From Phoronis australis (lineage: Eukaryota; Animalia; Phoronida), in NCBI GenBank assembly GCA_002633005.1, contig NMRA01000350.1, forward strand, positions 418,839 to 482,838: 64,000 nt of DNA. The letters run 5' to 3'. The notes under the pieces were generated by a model. It was not told the DNA's origin and did no database searches. It was given only the letters and a program-made list of their open reading frames with translations. Shown here piece by piece: positions 49,861 through 63,838 of this stretch. Within the stretch, counting starts at the first letter, position 1; the number at the start of each line of letters is the position of its first letter. A program made the position numbers and the translations under genes.

Positions 49861-51973
49861 CCCCCGACCGCAAACGCGACCCAGTCGCAACATAACTTTT
49901 ACTCTCGCGACACCTAGCGACCTGATAACGTAATACCGGATGGCAGCATGCGCAGAGCAAACTTCCTGGTTAAAAATTGCCAGCTGACAGCCAATGAAAA
50001 CCCTCGTTCTAGTGCCCTGTACCTGGGCCTTCACAAGCAATCCGTGACGTCAGCTTGTGAGGCCCGGGAATCCATTTTCACGAAAGACGTCGCTCTAGTC
50101 GGTTGGCGACTAGTCTTTCACATATGGCACATCACATTTACAAAATACCGCGAAAAACGAGTGATGAGGCTGGATCTCGCGAGATCATATCAGTTCGTAT
50201 CCGCGCCAAATAAACCACAGAAAAACGTTTCGTCATTGTTGTAATTTGAAATGAGTTTTGTAGCAGTTAGGACTAAGTTCTTAAAAATGGTAATTATACT
50301 CCTTGTGGATGACAAATTCCGTATTTGTCGACTCGTTTATGTATCAAAGTAAAGACTTATCTCCCTTGTCATGCATACTCGGGGAATTTCCTGTCAATGG
50401 AATACACGAGTAGAATCGCGACGAATGCGGACGATATTGGAGTACCTGCAGTATTAATTGAAGCAATTTTGAAACGGTTTAGTTATCACTAAGTGAACAT
50501 AAAATGTTCACCGTGCGATTAAAATAAAACTAGCAGAAGAAGCACAGTTGACAGGTCAACTGATTGCGCTGTTGACGTTACCACACTGAACTGCAGTTTG
50601 TTTGCTTATTAGCCCTGTAGTTCACCAAACTTTGGTAGATCTTTGCCGTGCACTAATTACAATACCAGAACAGCAACAATTTTTTTTGCGAGACATTAGT
50701 GATGATGATACTGGTGATGAAGAAACTAGTGGTGACGTTTTGTAGCACTGTTCCAGTGGCGGATCAGGGACCAGAAGGGGTGCCCCAACATGTTGCCTCG
50801 GGGAATTGGGCAGCAGAGCGTGGTTGTGTGCGTACAGGCATCCCGAAAGTTGCGGGGGCCCGCAGTATGAACCTTCTGTTCGGGAAATCTATCGACTAAA
50901 AGACATTTAAGAAATAACGAAACGGGAAGGAGAGCCCGCCACCATCTGGGGTCTGAGTCCCCCCACCTTTACCGGTCCTAGTTATATTTCCTCACGCCTT
51001 CGCGTTGTTGCTGTTTCATTTTGCTTGCGGCAGCCCCTGCCCCCCACTTAATCCGCCAATGTGTTCAAATGAGTGGTACAATGAAAGGAAATTTTCAAGT
51101 AGTGTACATGTATGCTAACCATGAGGGTCTGACATGAACAAGTGATGGTGTGAAACGCTTGCAAAACAAGGTATTAGCTCCTAAAGCAAGGAATTAGCTT
51201 CCAACGTGGCAATTGTGGTAATCAACAAAGGACACATTGTGTTAGAATGGTGAGTTTAATGCAGACAAAAATACTTTCAATATCATCTATTCGATTCATA
51301 TCACAACAGGTTTCACAGCACTAATTTTTATGCCTTTTCCAATACCCAGAATTTCCCAATCTGAGGCTGGAAGTTTTACGAAAATCTGGGAAAGCTGCCA
51401 AAAATAATCAAAAGCATATTAAATTTATTCAATGCAGATGCACTAAATAAAAATGCCTCCCAAGAGACAAGACAACCTGGAATTAACAAGGAACCCAACA
51501 GCACTTTTAGGTCACCCTGATGTACAAAAATTGGGACAGAGTCGGAAATCCTCATGTGATTCATTTAAATAACATTTTCATGGGTGATTTTACTGTCGAA
51601 ATTGCCCTTTAATTTTTGATAGAGTAACACCATCAGTGACACTGTTATCAAAGCAACAAGTGCGCAGAGAACATCATGTAGGCATGCATTCTTAACCTTA
51701 ACTATATATAGGAAATCCAAAATCTATAACATTTTAAATGTTTATGTAAAAGTAATTCTGTATTATACATTGACGTTAGACGCTAAAGACAAAATTGTAA
51801 CGTTTCATTATCTCGTTAAACCAGTTATTTTTTTCAAAACATATGTAAACAATAACGTTTTATCACATGGCACAAGTTCCCTTGGTATGTACCAGTCTTT
51901 GATCAAAACCCTTTTAAGCATATTAAGCACTGAGATCATTCAGTGGCTAACTCACTATGCAAATGATTTTAAC

Positions 51974-51974
<1 letters not shown>

Positions 51975-52005
<31 letters not shown>
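51975..52005. repeat. (AC)n microsatellite
   Basis: Read directly from the sequence. Confidence 0.95.
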
Positions 52006-52011
<6 letters not shown>

Positions 52012-52897
52012 AACACATTTCTTGTGAAAAAAACACTCAAAGCTTACATATCAGAAAGTCCCTCACGAGTTTTAAATCGAAAGCATTATGTCATGACTCT
52101 TTAACCACACGGGTACTGCCACTATTATCTGCTTCAGAGTCATTAACTGAAATGGACTATTGATATCTGTTGTCACTTATGATTTCTACCTTTCCTCACT
52201 GACATTTATAAAGATGGTGCACACTACCACATTATCACAAAAGGTCAAAAGGTAAACAATAAATTGTCATCACTTTTACAACTTTTTTTTCTTAAAGCAG
52301 ATCCTCTTATAAACAAGAACAGTCATCCATCAGTTCTACAGTTAACCTACATACTGAATTTCAAAAACTAATTATGCAAAAATTCTCTAGTTTGGGACAG
52401 TGAATAATTATTTTGATCGAAGTCGGAGCTTGTCCCAATTTTTAGAAATTCACACAATTGTCTGTCAGAAATTCAAGGGGAATGATAACAATTTGTAAAA
52501 AATGTTTGTCATGAGAGTCACTTTTTATGAACTTACAGGAGTATTCTTGCAACCTGCTATGCTACAGCATAGCGTTAGGAATTTGAAACGTACGAAAATA
52601 TACAAATCACTCACGCCTTCAATTTCAGGATGAAAAAATTAAATTTCACCCGTGATTTCTGTGTTCTGAATCTAGGAGACTGTCTCAATCTGGAGAATTT
52701 TTAAAGTAATATATCACCGATCTAATTGCTATCATCAACTATGTCACCTTTGCTAAAAATATATGTTAAAAACAATTATAAGCTATAAATGTGATCCATC
52801 TGGAATATGTTCAAACATACACCATTGCCAGCATGATGAGGATTTTTGGCAAACATCTACATGTATCCCATACATTATGGCTACAGTGAAGTCATTC

Positions 52898-53545
52898 TTA
52901 GTCACTGCAATATGAAGTGAATGACACACAGAAGTGGTAGCCCATAAGGACGATTTGCCACTTCTTTAACAAATTTCCAAAGAAGCAGCTTCTCATCCAG
53001 GTCCCACATGGGAAGTCTAAGCCACTTTTTTCTGAAGTTTTGCAAAGATCATCCAAAGATGTACTGATTTTAAACAACAGTTTTCGATCAAGTTGCTCAG
53101 ATGAGTCTTTAGACACGTTTGACAGGAAAGGGTTGGATTGTTGATAACCTTCGGACACTGAATACCCATGGTCAACTAACACGAACTCAGAATTTAAAAA
53201 AATCTCTTTGCTCCTGTTGGTTTCTTAGAAACAGATGGCGAATCAATTAGTACATGTTTCTGTCGATCTTCAGACTGAGCAATGAGAATGCTGACATCCA
53301 TTCTTGCTGATTTTGTGCAGCTGTGTGAGTTTTGAACAAAACGGAATGCATGTGCTGCAGATAAACACAGGCCTAGTATCCAGCAAATCATTGTTGAATT
53401 GAATGTAAATGAGTTCAAAAAAATCCAAGTACCTCTGCTTTAATGCAATATTTTTTAACTTTGTGTGCGTGAGAGTCAGAGTATAACAGTTTGTCACATA
53501 ATATGCATGTCTTTGACTTTGCCTTTTTCAGTGGAGTATTACAGT
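52898..53545 (-). pseudogene. Frameshifted remnant with a C4 (ZAD-like) zinc finger and a DHxY motif, probably transposon-derived
   Basis: Across frameshifts: KTCILCDK...DTRPVFICSTCIPFCSKL...VLVDHGYS. Confidence 0.45.
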
Positions 53546-54860
53546 TCAGAAATTAAATATACGTAAACAGCAAAGGCTTTCAATTTTTACTAGCATGACT
53601 GATGGGCCTCCTAGAATTATCTGTGTTCAAGTGAGTTGACTTACGGCTGTAAAATTTTAATCAAGCTGATCAATTTTATTACGGCAGATGGGAAATATGT
53701 TTAATTAAAATTTTGCATAAATTCTATAGTTACAGAATTACAAAATATGACTCTTCTCGGATATAATGGTCCCTGACACGGATAACAAGTTTCATCCACT
53801 GACAGTAACATACGCTGGAACATTTAAGGCTAATTATGCCTAACAATGGCGGACGCGACAAAAATAGGTGGGCGCGCAGTGTAAAACTGGCCAGTTGACA
53901 ATTTGGGCAACTAAACCAAGGACTGATTTAAGAAAAATTTACATTACAGGAGTATTTGTTTGAGTTGGAAGAAATTAAAGACATCAATGGGTACCTAAGG
54001 TGTCCCTCTATGAGCAAGAGGTCCTTAAACAACATGACTTTCATGTTTTAATCAGTGTGAGGCATAAGTCACCGAAAATCTATCAATGTTTGAAACTCCC
54101 AGAGGAGCTTCCCTGTCTCTACTGGGACCAGCTAGAGACGGTGGTCATTATCTAATCCACTGAATAACAGGAATGTTATTCAGTTGTTACATTCATCAAC
54201 TTTTTGACCATGTCCTTGTCCTGTTGTTTTATCCCATTTTTCCCTAGTATAAAGTGACCAACAACACATGTATTCGCCTGGTCAAGTCTTGACATTTGCT
54301 GTCACTGGTGAGTTCCATCTGGCTAACACTAACAGCCTGATTCCGTGATGTATAACTAGTGAACCTGCACTGAAGTTATTACAATATGTTGATAGCGTCA
54401 TTCTCAAAACCAGGGAACATTATATCCGACTTGTTTCCAAAGTAGTTAGGTGTGATAAGACTGAACTCTGAAGTCGAAGTTCAAGCGGCCACGGCACAGT
54501 TACAGTGATGTGTCGAAAATCACCATGCAATTTATCCGATCTTCAATTCAAACCCCTTTTAACTCACTTTTTAAGCAAGTACCACCGGCGTGCAGGCGTA
54601 CATGGCTGGTCCAGGTTAGATTCCCGGTTCAGATATTGATCTGAGTCGGCATTTACAACAGTTGTTCAGTAACATTTACATTGATTCCAAAACGCGATAG
54701 GCCTACTGCCTGAACCAGAAATCGCGAGCCACCATGTTTACAAAAGCGCCGTCTACCGCGCAAAATGATAAAAGTGAACTACTTTCGCGCAGGCAAATGT
54801 ATTCCATATGAGTTAGATGATACACGCATTGTTGTCTTACGTAGTAAATGCCGGGAACCA

Positions 54861-54987
54861 GCCTCCCGTTCAGTAACACTAGGACCTCGCTCAAAAGCAA
54901 GACTTCGCGAGATTACGTGAGATATTGCCGTGCATTTCAAACGAGAACACGTGACTTTGACTAGGTTTTTATCTAGGTCCTAGCGTA
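54861..54987. repeat. Short interspersed repeat, copy 2
   Basis: Closely similar to 20132-20257. Confidence 0.8.
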
Positions 54988-55007
54988 CAGCACACATCAC
55001 GAATTTT

Positions 55008-55192
55008 TGGCCGACCGGTCGGAAATTGGTCGACGACCGGCCGTCGACCGGTCGTCTAGCCGACCACCAGCCGACCAACAACGGTCGGCTAGGAGCCGTC
55101 TGCTTAGTCGCCTCTATGGTCGGCACTTGGGTCGGCTAATTGGTCGCCTAGCGTAGACGACCAATTCGGATTAAGCGTGTCCTTGGTCGGCA
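55008..55192. repeat. GC-rich cluster of CGACC/GGTCG motifs, resembling the subterminal repeats of a DNA transposon
   Basis: More than ten copies in both orientations within 185 bp of otherwise AT-rich DNA. Confidence 0.6.
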
Positions 55193-55673
55193 ATTAGCAT
55201 TTTATGACTTAGCGGGTGAACTTTGGACAAACAAACATTTAACTCTTCGCTGTTCGTTTACCAGTGGCAACTCCGGTCTTGACATCGGTTTATCAAATTT
55301 TGTTCAACTATTAAATGGAGGTAAAATCGAATCAACCTACAAATACGAAGTGCGTGGCATTACACAAGCCGAATACCTTATGTTGAATTAATGACGGCGT
55401 GGTAAAATCAAACGTTAAGTGATATAGCGGAAAAATAATTTCTAAGTTTAGATATCAGACTTTTTATGCAGTGCATTATGCATAAAAACAAGCACGAAAT
55501 TTGTAATTTACAGCAAAATTGCATAAAAATCAGAATACAACACTGGATATTTTACGACCTCAAATGTTTTCATGCCGCGGATTTCTCAACAAGCAGCACG
55601 CATTTGCGCTCATCCGTTATTGCTCTTGTTCATCACTTCGTCACGCTGTATATTGCGCTTTACCACAGATAAT

Positions 55674-55730
55674 NNNNNNNNNNNNNNNNNNNNNNNNNNN
55701 NNNNNNNNNNNNNNNNNNNNNNNNNNNNNN
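55674..55730. other. Assembly gap
   Basis: Run of N. Confidence 0.99.
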
Positions 55731-55785
55731 ATAATACTGAAACACACATGGAAAATACCAAGATGTACCTTTCAAAAACACGTAC

Positions 55786-56308
55786 CTGTTTTTGAAAGCT
55801 ATACTTCTTTCTCTTTCTTGAAATATGGTCCACAATATACTTTTCCTGCTAACAAATGATGCACTCATGTTTCAGAATGTTCCTATCTTGTTCAGGTTAA
55901 TTGGGTGTTTCAGATTTTGGAAGTATTATTGATTTTCTTGGGAAATCTTGGATAACATCTGTATCACTTTCAGCAACTTCAGCTTTAGTACTTCTGCTGG
56001 TGCCTTGAAACGTTGGTATGCCGTTCTATGTCCTTTCAATTTTTTGGTCTGACACTTGGTCTTCTAGTCTACAGCACTCAGGAGTACATTTGTATACTGT
56101 GTAGGCTATACCAGGACATCCAGCTGTTTTCTGCACAAACGTTTATGACACCTCTTCTTCTTTTTGATCTGCTGATCTACATAGTTCCACAGTCCATCAG
56201 CTTTCGTCAGGAAGCTTTCCTAAGCTTCTTTAGGCTCTGACATCACAATTTTGTGCTGTTTGATAAACCTTGAATTATACAGGCATCACACTCCATGGGA
56301 GCAGCCAT
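55786..56308 (-). pseudogene. Decayed N-terminal exon of a transposase-like gene (possibly Academ type)
   Basis: MAAPMECDACII...LKKLRKAS*RKL...GHRTAYQRF...ILKHECIIC*QEKY..RKRK, ending at a CAG|GTACG donor; many stops. The family call is from recalled motif pattern only. Confidence 0.4.
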
Positions 56309-58620
56309 ATTGAAGTTACTAAGCACAACAATACAATCTGGCTCTCTGATTGGTCAATTCAATAGAAAAGTGCCACCAAGTGGAAGGAATGTGCATCATA
56401 TTTTGTGCAACAAAAACAGCTTTTTTAAAAAAAAATGTGCAAGTGTAGACGTGGGAACTTTTGGAATTTGATTTATAGGTATATTATTTAGCCACATAGA
56501 AAAAACTAGCTTGCCCTCCGAAAGTATTCACAAGGATGAACGCTATGAGATCTGGCCCACCGACTATTGTGGGAGATTAACTTCAGTTCTCAATAAAAAG
56601 AATTGCACTACTATCGAGAACGCCTGTGCGGAACGAAAGGGGGAATTGTATCCCCTGTCATTGCGGTGTGATAGAATGCTGAGGATTTGATACAGCCTCA
56701 CACCCTCAGATCAAACGGTATTCTAAAAAATTAGATTCAAATCAAACTCAAGTGATGCACAAATCAGAAAATTTCACCAAAAACAAATTACGTGATTATT
56801 TTAGCAGTCTTGCAATGGTTTACAAGCACGATGAATGACTTAATGTAGTCATACATGTAGGTAGATGTCGGTGTCGCCAGCATTGCCAGAGTTTCGTGCT
56901 GTGGCCAATGACCCAAGGTCAGCCGAGAGTTTGGAAATGTCATACAGCATTGCCGCGTCTCTAGAATAAAGATCACCATTTATTCTAACTCTCTGCTTGA
57001 AACCATTTCTAATGCAATGGAATTGCAGAACAAATTGACTGAAATAGATACAATACGCGATATAAAATTGTCCAATCAGAAGATTTCGCAAACAACTTAA
57101 GTATCCTCGCATCCAAGATCTGTCCATTTACACACTTTCGTTGCCCACATCCGGGACAATTGAGTTACAAGTGTGGCATCCTCTTTCAACTATTCAAAAA
57201 TGCCTTCCTAGAGTTTTCCCCTGTGCCATGTGACGGACGAGGCAAAAGTGTTCGCAATTTTACTTGGAAGTCAATTCGTAACACCTCCTAATTCTCATAT
57301 ATCCTTTCTCTCATGGCATGCAATATCATTTTGGAAATTGTTGTTTTTCACATGCAAAATGTGGCAATTTTAAAAGCTAAATGGACAAAACTTTAGGGCA
57401 TACAAGTTGGCGATTTCTATATCAGAGTAGCAACATTATTCCATATACGAAGCGTGTCAGAAAAAATGTATCTTAAATATGATCCCTGGAGTAATTACAT
57501 ATTTTGATTGTCTCGCGGAATGGCTACCAAATAAGTTACAGTGAGAGACATTATCGGTGAAAAAAGTCTTTTTCTGAGCCCAGACGTGATCGCAGTCTAT
57601 CCAAATGATAACTGAAAGATTGTTTTAGAGAAATCCTCAAAACACAAAGGATGTCATGCGTCATTTTGTTGCAAAAGCTTATAGGCTCAGTGTTTACTAA
57701 TCGTAATCAGTTTTGCCACCGCACTTTTAATATATGTCTTCATTGATGACGTCCTTGGGGGTTTTGTGATAAGTTAGTTATATTTTCGCATATTATAAAA
57801 AGAAGCTACTCACACTTTTCATTTGATCACTTTATTATTCTTCTAGAGTAGGCCTAATTCTAGTTAGACTTAGCTTACATCCGCTATAGTTTTCCAATGT
57901 GTTTGCTTTCTTGCATGGCGCAATTTCCACATGACATGAACTACGGAATGGCGTGCAACACAGTGAAAACTTACACGGTGTTGACGAGAAACGAGGAATC
58001 CCAGGTGGCCACGTTTAAATAGATCTGCGGTATTGTTTCTTTTACCGGTAAACACTGAACCAGATAATCAAACAACCGAACAACCTATTTATAAAATATT
58101 TTAGATCGTGAAACAAACACTTCCTGTATCCTGTGACTCAATTCTACACTTATTTATTCCAAATTTTTGCTGTTTTCAAATTTCCAGCTAATGGAATATT
58201 CAATAAAACCCCTCAAGTTGGTTGATCGTCTTGTCTTCTCGCTTGTCATGTCATAGAAAATATCCACAGTACGTGTAACTCCGTATATTGTACAGATGTG
58301 CTCATACATAAAAGGACACCAATTTTCTTTCACTAGACATTTTCTGGGGCATTTACCTCAAAGATGGATACGAACCCCCCCCCCCTTCCTACAGCGTGAG
58401 TAAGTAAAATGTAACGTATATTTTAAATCGGTGAGTGTAGCTTGAACAAAAGAAACCTGAGCACAAGTGTTAGTGGTAGAAAATGCATGCGTAGAAAACT
58501 ATTTACTGAGAGGTAGAGAAGACTTTATACAGAAAGAACATACACGTCTACTGTACGTAAAAACAAAGCATAGTTGAACCCTAATTTTTGTCAACACGAA
58601 GCGAAAGACATGACCCAATA

Positions 58621-58945
58621 TCAGATAGGGTTTTGGCACTCGAAGTCTTGAAGTTCCCTTAGACAAGTCGAAACTATGAACTTAGATTTTGTCAGATCAT
58701 TACAGCATCTACTAGTTTCAAGCAATTTGTTCCACAGAGAGAGAGCAAAATCGGGAGACATATAAGACATTTTGCCCCCGGAAGTTATAGTACGATTGCC
58801 GCAATACGAAGCAATCAAGAGGATCTGGGCCGACAGGGTGGACGTGTCTGCCCTTGTCAGTAAAGCTCTACGCGAGGACCGGTAGTCATTAAACACAAAC
58901 TTGAGGGCTTGAAACTGAAACTCTTGCTTTTTTCTGCCTCATCCA
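58621..58945 (-). pseudogene. Possible remnant of a RecQ-like SF2 helicase
   Basis: FQFQALKFVFND and GGKMSYMSPDFALSLWNKLLETS resemble RecQ motif 0 and the SPE segment; no Walker A or DEAH visible. Confidence 0.3.
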
Positions 58946-61900
58946 ACACCTGTTTACCTTATTTTGTACACCAGTTATTCTGTATTCAATAACTTTTATG
59001 TTTTGCTGGACGTTTGAAAGGTTTCGTCAAGAAAAAATCTGCTAAGAGATTAAAGCGATGATAGACAAATCACTGTTCGTACGAGAGTACATGTACGTTT
59101 TTGTGATCAACACTCCACGACTCAGCAACTCCGTAAGTTGTGTAAGTTGTGATTTCCTGACTAGACATTAATTAATTAAAACAAATTCAAATAATTTCAA
59201 CACGATATAATAATAACAATTGAAAACTTCCGTGTAATCGGCTTCGTCTGATACTTCAAGATAACAGCATTGCACATGCAACTTTCGTCCAAAATTTAAC
59301 TTTTAATATGAAGCCGACCTACAAAACTGGTACTACTGTTAGTGAGAGAATTGGCGATTTGTAATAATAACAAAATCAAAACACATCTTGTTGTTTTATG
59401 GCTCAGATTGAAGTTAGTAACTTCAAGAAATCTTTGATAATCATTCCCAACAACAATCTTTTTCATCCGTAAACCGATCATGTCCCTTTTTCTGAAGATT
59501 TTTCCGGCGAGAGATCGAATTTATCAGAAATTAGCTGTTCAAAGCTAACAACATCATGAAGTTTATCCCAAGCAACATACACGTTTTTAGCGGTAAAAAC
59601 TAAAATGTTCCTTAAGCTGACCGGGGCAGATAATACGACGAAAAGGCAAAACCATTCCATGCACGTGATCAAGCGACATATTACGCATGCGCATTTGTGG
59701 TAAACAATTACCTCATTGACTGATTGATGCTTAGCGTTTGATTTGTTAAAACATCCTCAGTGGTTTTGGTTATTTCAGACTGGTACTCTTGCTGAGCCGA
59801 CTGAGAAGACACAGTGTCCCTGAAAGGTAAATTTCGTGGAATGCGAACAAATGGACAATCGCTGAAGTGTAAACACTTCTTAGTAGTTATATTACAAGTG
59901 TAAATGCATTAACGATTATGCTTAATAGCTTATCTATTTAGTATGGGGGATATATCCGTTTGACTTATTGATTAGAAAGCCCCAGAGAAAATTTTCAGTT
60001 TTTGCGTCCAAAAGGATTCCCGAGTCAAGAATTTCTAGAACCCGAACGAATCATTGCAACGTAGACGAATGGTGGGTGACTCGGGTATTTTCGCTCATAA
60101 ATCTTGCCCTCGGCTCCTCATGATAACGTAATCAATGAAATTAGTTACACAAGCATGACCATTGTCAGTCTCTTAGATGTATATGTTAAAAAGGTTATGT
60201 GCGCTAATACGATATATTGATGATGTCTCAATGCTAATTTTAAGCGGTAAAGAACAAGAATAGGCGAGAATACGAAAAATATTCCATTTACGTTAAAAAC
60301 AAACCTAATACAGTTTGGAGATATATTAGGTTAGGCATCATTTACGTAATTTTTCAAATACACGCATCCATGATTTTAACACTGGCGCAAAACAAACTTT
60401 GAGGTGCTGGGGGAAATTTGCTTATTTGATTTCACAAATGTACAAAAATAAGGGAAGCATTTAGGAAAATAGGTACGTTACTAAAAATAAAATAGAATAA
60501 TGCCATTTATCCCTGACATTTATTGTGGAATTTCTAGACATATGGTCATTTCATACCAATTTTAGTTATGTCACGGAGTGACATATCGATTAGGCTGGAA
60601 ATTCAAAACTTACCTTGCGAGGGATTTGAGCTTGGGACTCATAATATACAAGCGCACACGTGACCGCTAAGCCGAGCACGCGCACTACAAACAGATTTGA
60701 ACAAATGTATTGTGTGCAAGGATATTCGATGTCGGAGACGTTATTGGTTGAGTATATTATTTCTCGACCTAAAAAGGGAACTTTCAAACATTTTTATCGA
60801 TCTGCGCAAAACAACCAAACTTCATTTTGAGGACAGCATCTCCGATTCCTCCGTTAAAACCACATTAAATCTTGGCAAATTTTCCAAACTGAATTTATAT
60901 GCGATTTTTTAAAACAGGGCAGACGACAAATATTCTTAAAATTGTTGTTGTCATTAGTGTTGACCTGGTGGCTTTTGATGTCATCCAAGTAGTTTCAAAC
61001 GCATAAACATGAAGGAACCAAAGGTTTCTACCTGATGGAAAGTGTTATTTATATCAGAAAAGTGAGGAATAAATTTGTTATTAATTGGTTACTGGGTTGT
61101 TAAACGTATGGTTTTTAGAAAAAATATCACTCTCTGGCTTTGCCTTTGAGTGTTATTTAAACCATCTTCCTTATAAGACATTTATTACTTCCCCCAATAA
61201 CATTAAAAAGGTGAAGTATAAGTTGAATTTTAAAAGTCTTGATATCTGTGATGCCTCTCAAGCATTTGGCGAGGAAGAGAATTCAGTGAAATAATTACCA
61301 AATTCAAAAACTTTATGATCCGCTGGTATTAATTACCATCATTACTTCTTTTAGTGTCTTGTAAGTTCGTGGCTTGAGTATTGACAAGTGATCTCTGAGG
61401 TAACCAGGGCTGGGTTGCATAAAACTTCAAAATTATCCGCTGGATAAGTTTGATTGCGGCATGACGTCAGATGCATCGTTCGAAAACGACAACGTGATAA
61501 TGCGCCGTCATTGTTGCTATACGGTGTATAACATTTATGCAACTGTGTCCAGGACTATTATTATGAACAAATTTGTGTACCAGGTAGAGATACGTTGATT
61601 AACTCAACATAAATGAGAAATTATCTACGAGAAAAGAGATTTTCTTTAATTAGCCTCAGCGCAATGATGCTGGCAAAGCAAAACACCCATTCGATTGCCA
61701 GGGAATTTTAAAGAGGCCTGGAACACAAAAATTCGTAAAAATACGTATTAAACATATCGAGGCGAATAAACGTCTTGGGGATGCTAACGTGAGAGTTATT
61801 CTCTTTGATTATTACAAGAAAAATGTCGTCAGATTCACAATTTTTGAAATACTTTTGAAACGTAAACTCTTTCAACCCAACACAGTTTTCAAAATTTCAG

Positions 61901-63720
61901 CCCATAATATTTTATAAGCGCGCCTGCGCTGAAAGAGGTTTGGCTGGTTGCTGCTTGGAATCGCCATTGTTTTTTTACATTAAGCACCAAACGTCACATT
62001 TTTATATACGGTGTAAGTCTATGCATGAGTTGCCATACCGAATAAGGAGACGTGTTTTGCTTTAGGTGTAGAAAGTTTAACGAAGTTTGAAATTAAAGCA
62101 AAAAAGCCTTGACAAAAAATCAAAATCTTTGCGAACAAATCGTGCTAAATGCTGACATCGATTTCAGTGAATGCCTGATAGACAACGGTGAAAACTGCAG
62201 TTTTGTAATAAACACTAAAAAACACAACGGATTTCTTGTTTTATGGCTCTGGTCAAAGTTGATAATTTCATTCCATCCCTTCCATAAATTTTTGCAAAAA
62301 TTCATGTTTCTGTCGTAAAACCGATACTTTCACCTTAAGCCAACCGAATGACCGAAAATGGCAGTAGCTATTGTGGATATGAGGACGAAGAGAGAGCTCG
62401 GTGTCCAGTTGAAGACCAAGGTAGCTTAGAAATGAGATTAGGATTATAACACTATCTTTACAACTAACACTAAAATTTAAATTATTATTCGTTTGTGGTA
62501 GAAGAGAACACCTTGCCGGGTGACAGTTCACTTGCATCCGCCCCAAATAAATTAATATCTGCCCTCAGTTAAGAAACTGCAACAGACTTATAATCACACA
62601 TCGCTAACACCACTGAAGTAAAATTTGTTAGCATATGATAGCGGTCAGATAGTATGGAAAGCCAGCTAAAAGAGCGTAAACATTGCACTCGTACGCCCAC
62701 GGTATACTCGTCATTTTTAACACTGCGCCGGACAGGTGGTATGACGTTATATCCCATTGTGCGCAGAGTGAAAATGGCACGTTATCGATTTTGGGAACTG
62801 AACGAGGGACTGCTCGAAGAAAAAGCTTATTAACGGGAGTATTTATTCGAGTTTAAGTCAGTGCGAGGCACAATTCGCCGAAAAACTTCCGGCGTATGAA
62901 GCGCCTATAATAGCTCCACCGCCCTACTGGCAGGCCAGTAGGACCCCAGTTTGGTCACTGTCTAGCAGCGACAGAGAGCTGAACGCTGTGAGCAGACGAA
63001 TCGTTTCAGTTAAAATATTTAGGTCTCAATTTCCTGTAAAGATCATAGCTCTCAGTGTACATATACTGTATGCATCCATAACGAAACGTTTTGGTTGTAT
63101 TTGAATTAGATTTTAGCTGATTTTGTTGGCGGGGACGCTATTTAGCTTGACCTATTTATGATGATCCAGATTGAAACTTCAGCGAGGCCCAAAAATAGCC
63201 GCCTGATCACCTTAGGTCGGAATTTTCATTTAATTTGGTAAATCGTGTCCGCTTTTATAGCAGTAAAACTCGTTTTTCAGGAGCGACGCCTTGAAATAAT
63301 GATTTAGGTAATCCAAATGAACGAGCTCAATCAAATTCGGCGTTGCACTCGTAAATTTACTCCACCAGGAGCCTTCTAACCGGCTTCTGCCGTTGTATAC
63401 GGCTTCCACCGTGGTATACGGATTGGCTCTACTTTCCCGAATATCACAGTTGATAATCTGACGGTATACAATGTCCATAATTATTTACACATATATAGAA
63501 TAAATGTATAGCTTGTAATCCATCGCAGGTACCAAAGTACACGTACATGTATTAACGTCCGCACAGAGAAGGACTTGCGGATTTACGTTTGCATTGTTAC
63601 AGCGAAAATTGCATGGCACTCTCATACACAGTATTGTGGAGGTGTGGAAAAGTGCTCAAACGAATATGATGAGTTGTTATAAAGTGCCTTTGGAACTAAA
63701 TCTAAACGTGTATTGAACAG

Positions 63721-63838
63721 CCAGCGCATTGTTCTCGTGAGAACGCGTGCAACGAAGGCTTTCTCAATGAAAGAAAGCGTTGTCTTTCGAAATGCGACGA
63801 AAAGGGGTACAGGCATGTGACAAGGCGCAAGGAGTGGG
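63721..63838 (+). CDS. Possible Cys-rich exon of a gene or pseudogene continuing past the window end
   Basis: Open frame PAHCSRENACNEGFLNERKRCLSKCDEKGYRHVTRRKEW; strong donor GTAAGT at 63839; acceptor ttttaatccAG at 63963-63964. The upstream acceptor is weak. Confidence 0.35.

Noticed and set aside
49528-50040. 170-aa ORF across 49825-49860
   Set aside because: It spans an N gap and a G homopolymer.
63800-63838. RRKEW as a tyrosinase N-terminal motif
   Set aside because: The spliced continuation does not follow the tyrosinase pattern and no copper-binding histidines are in view.
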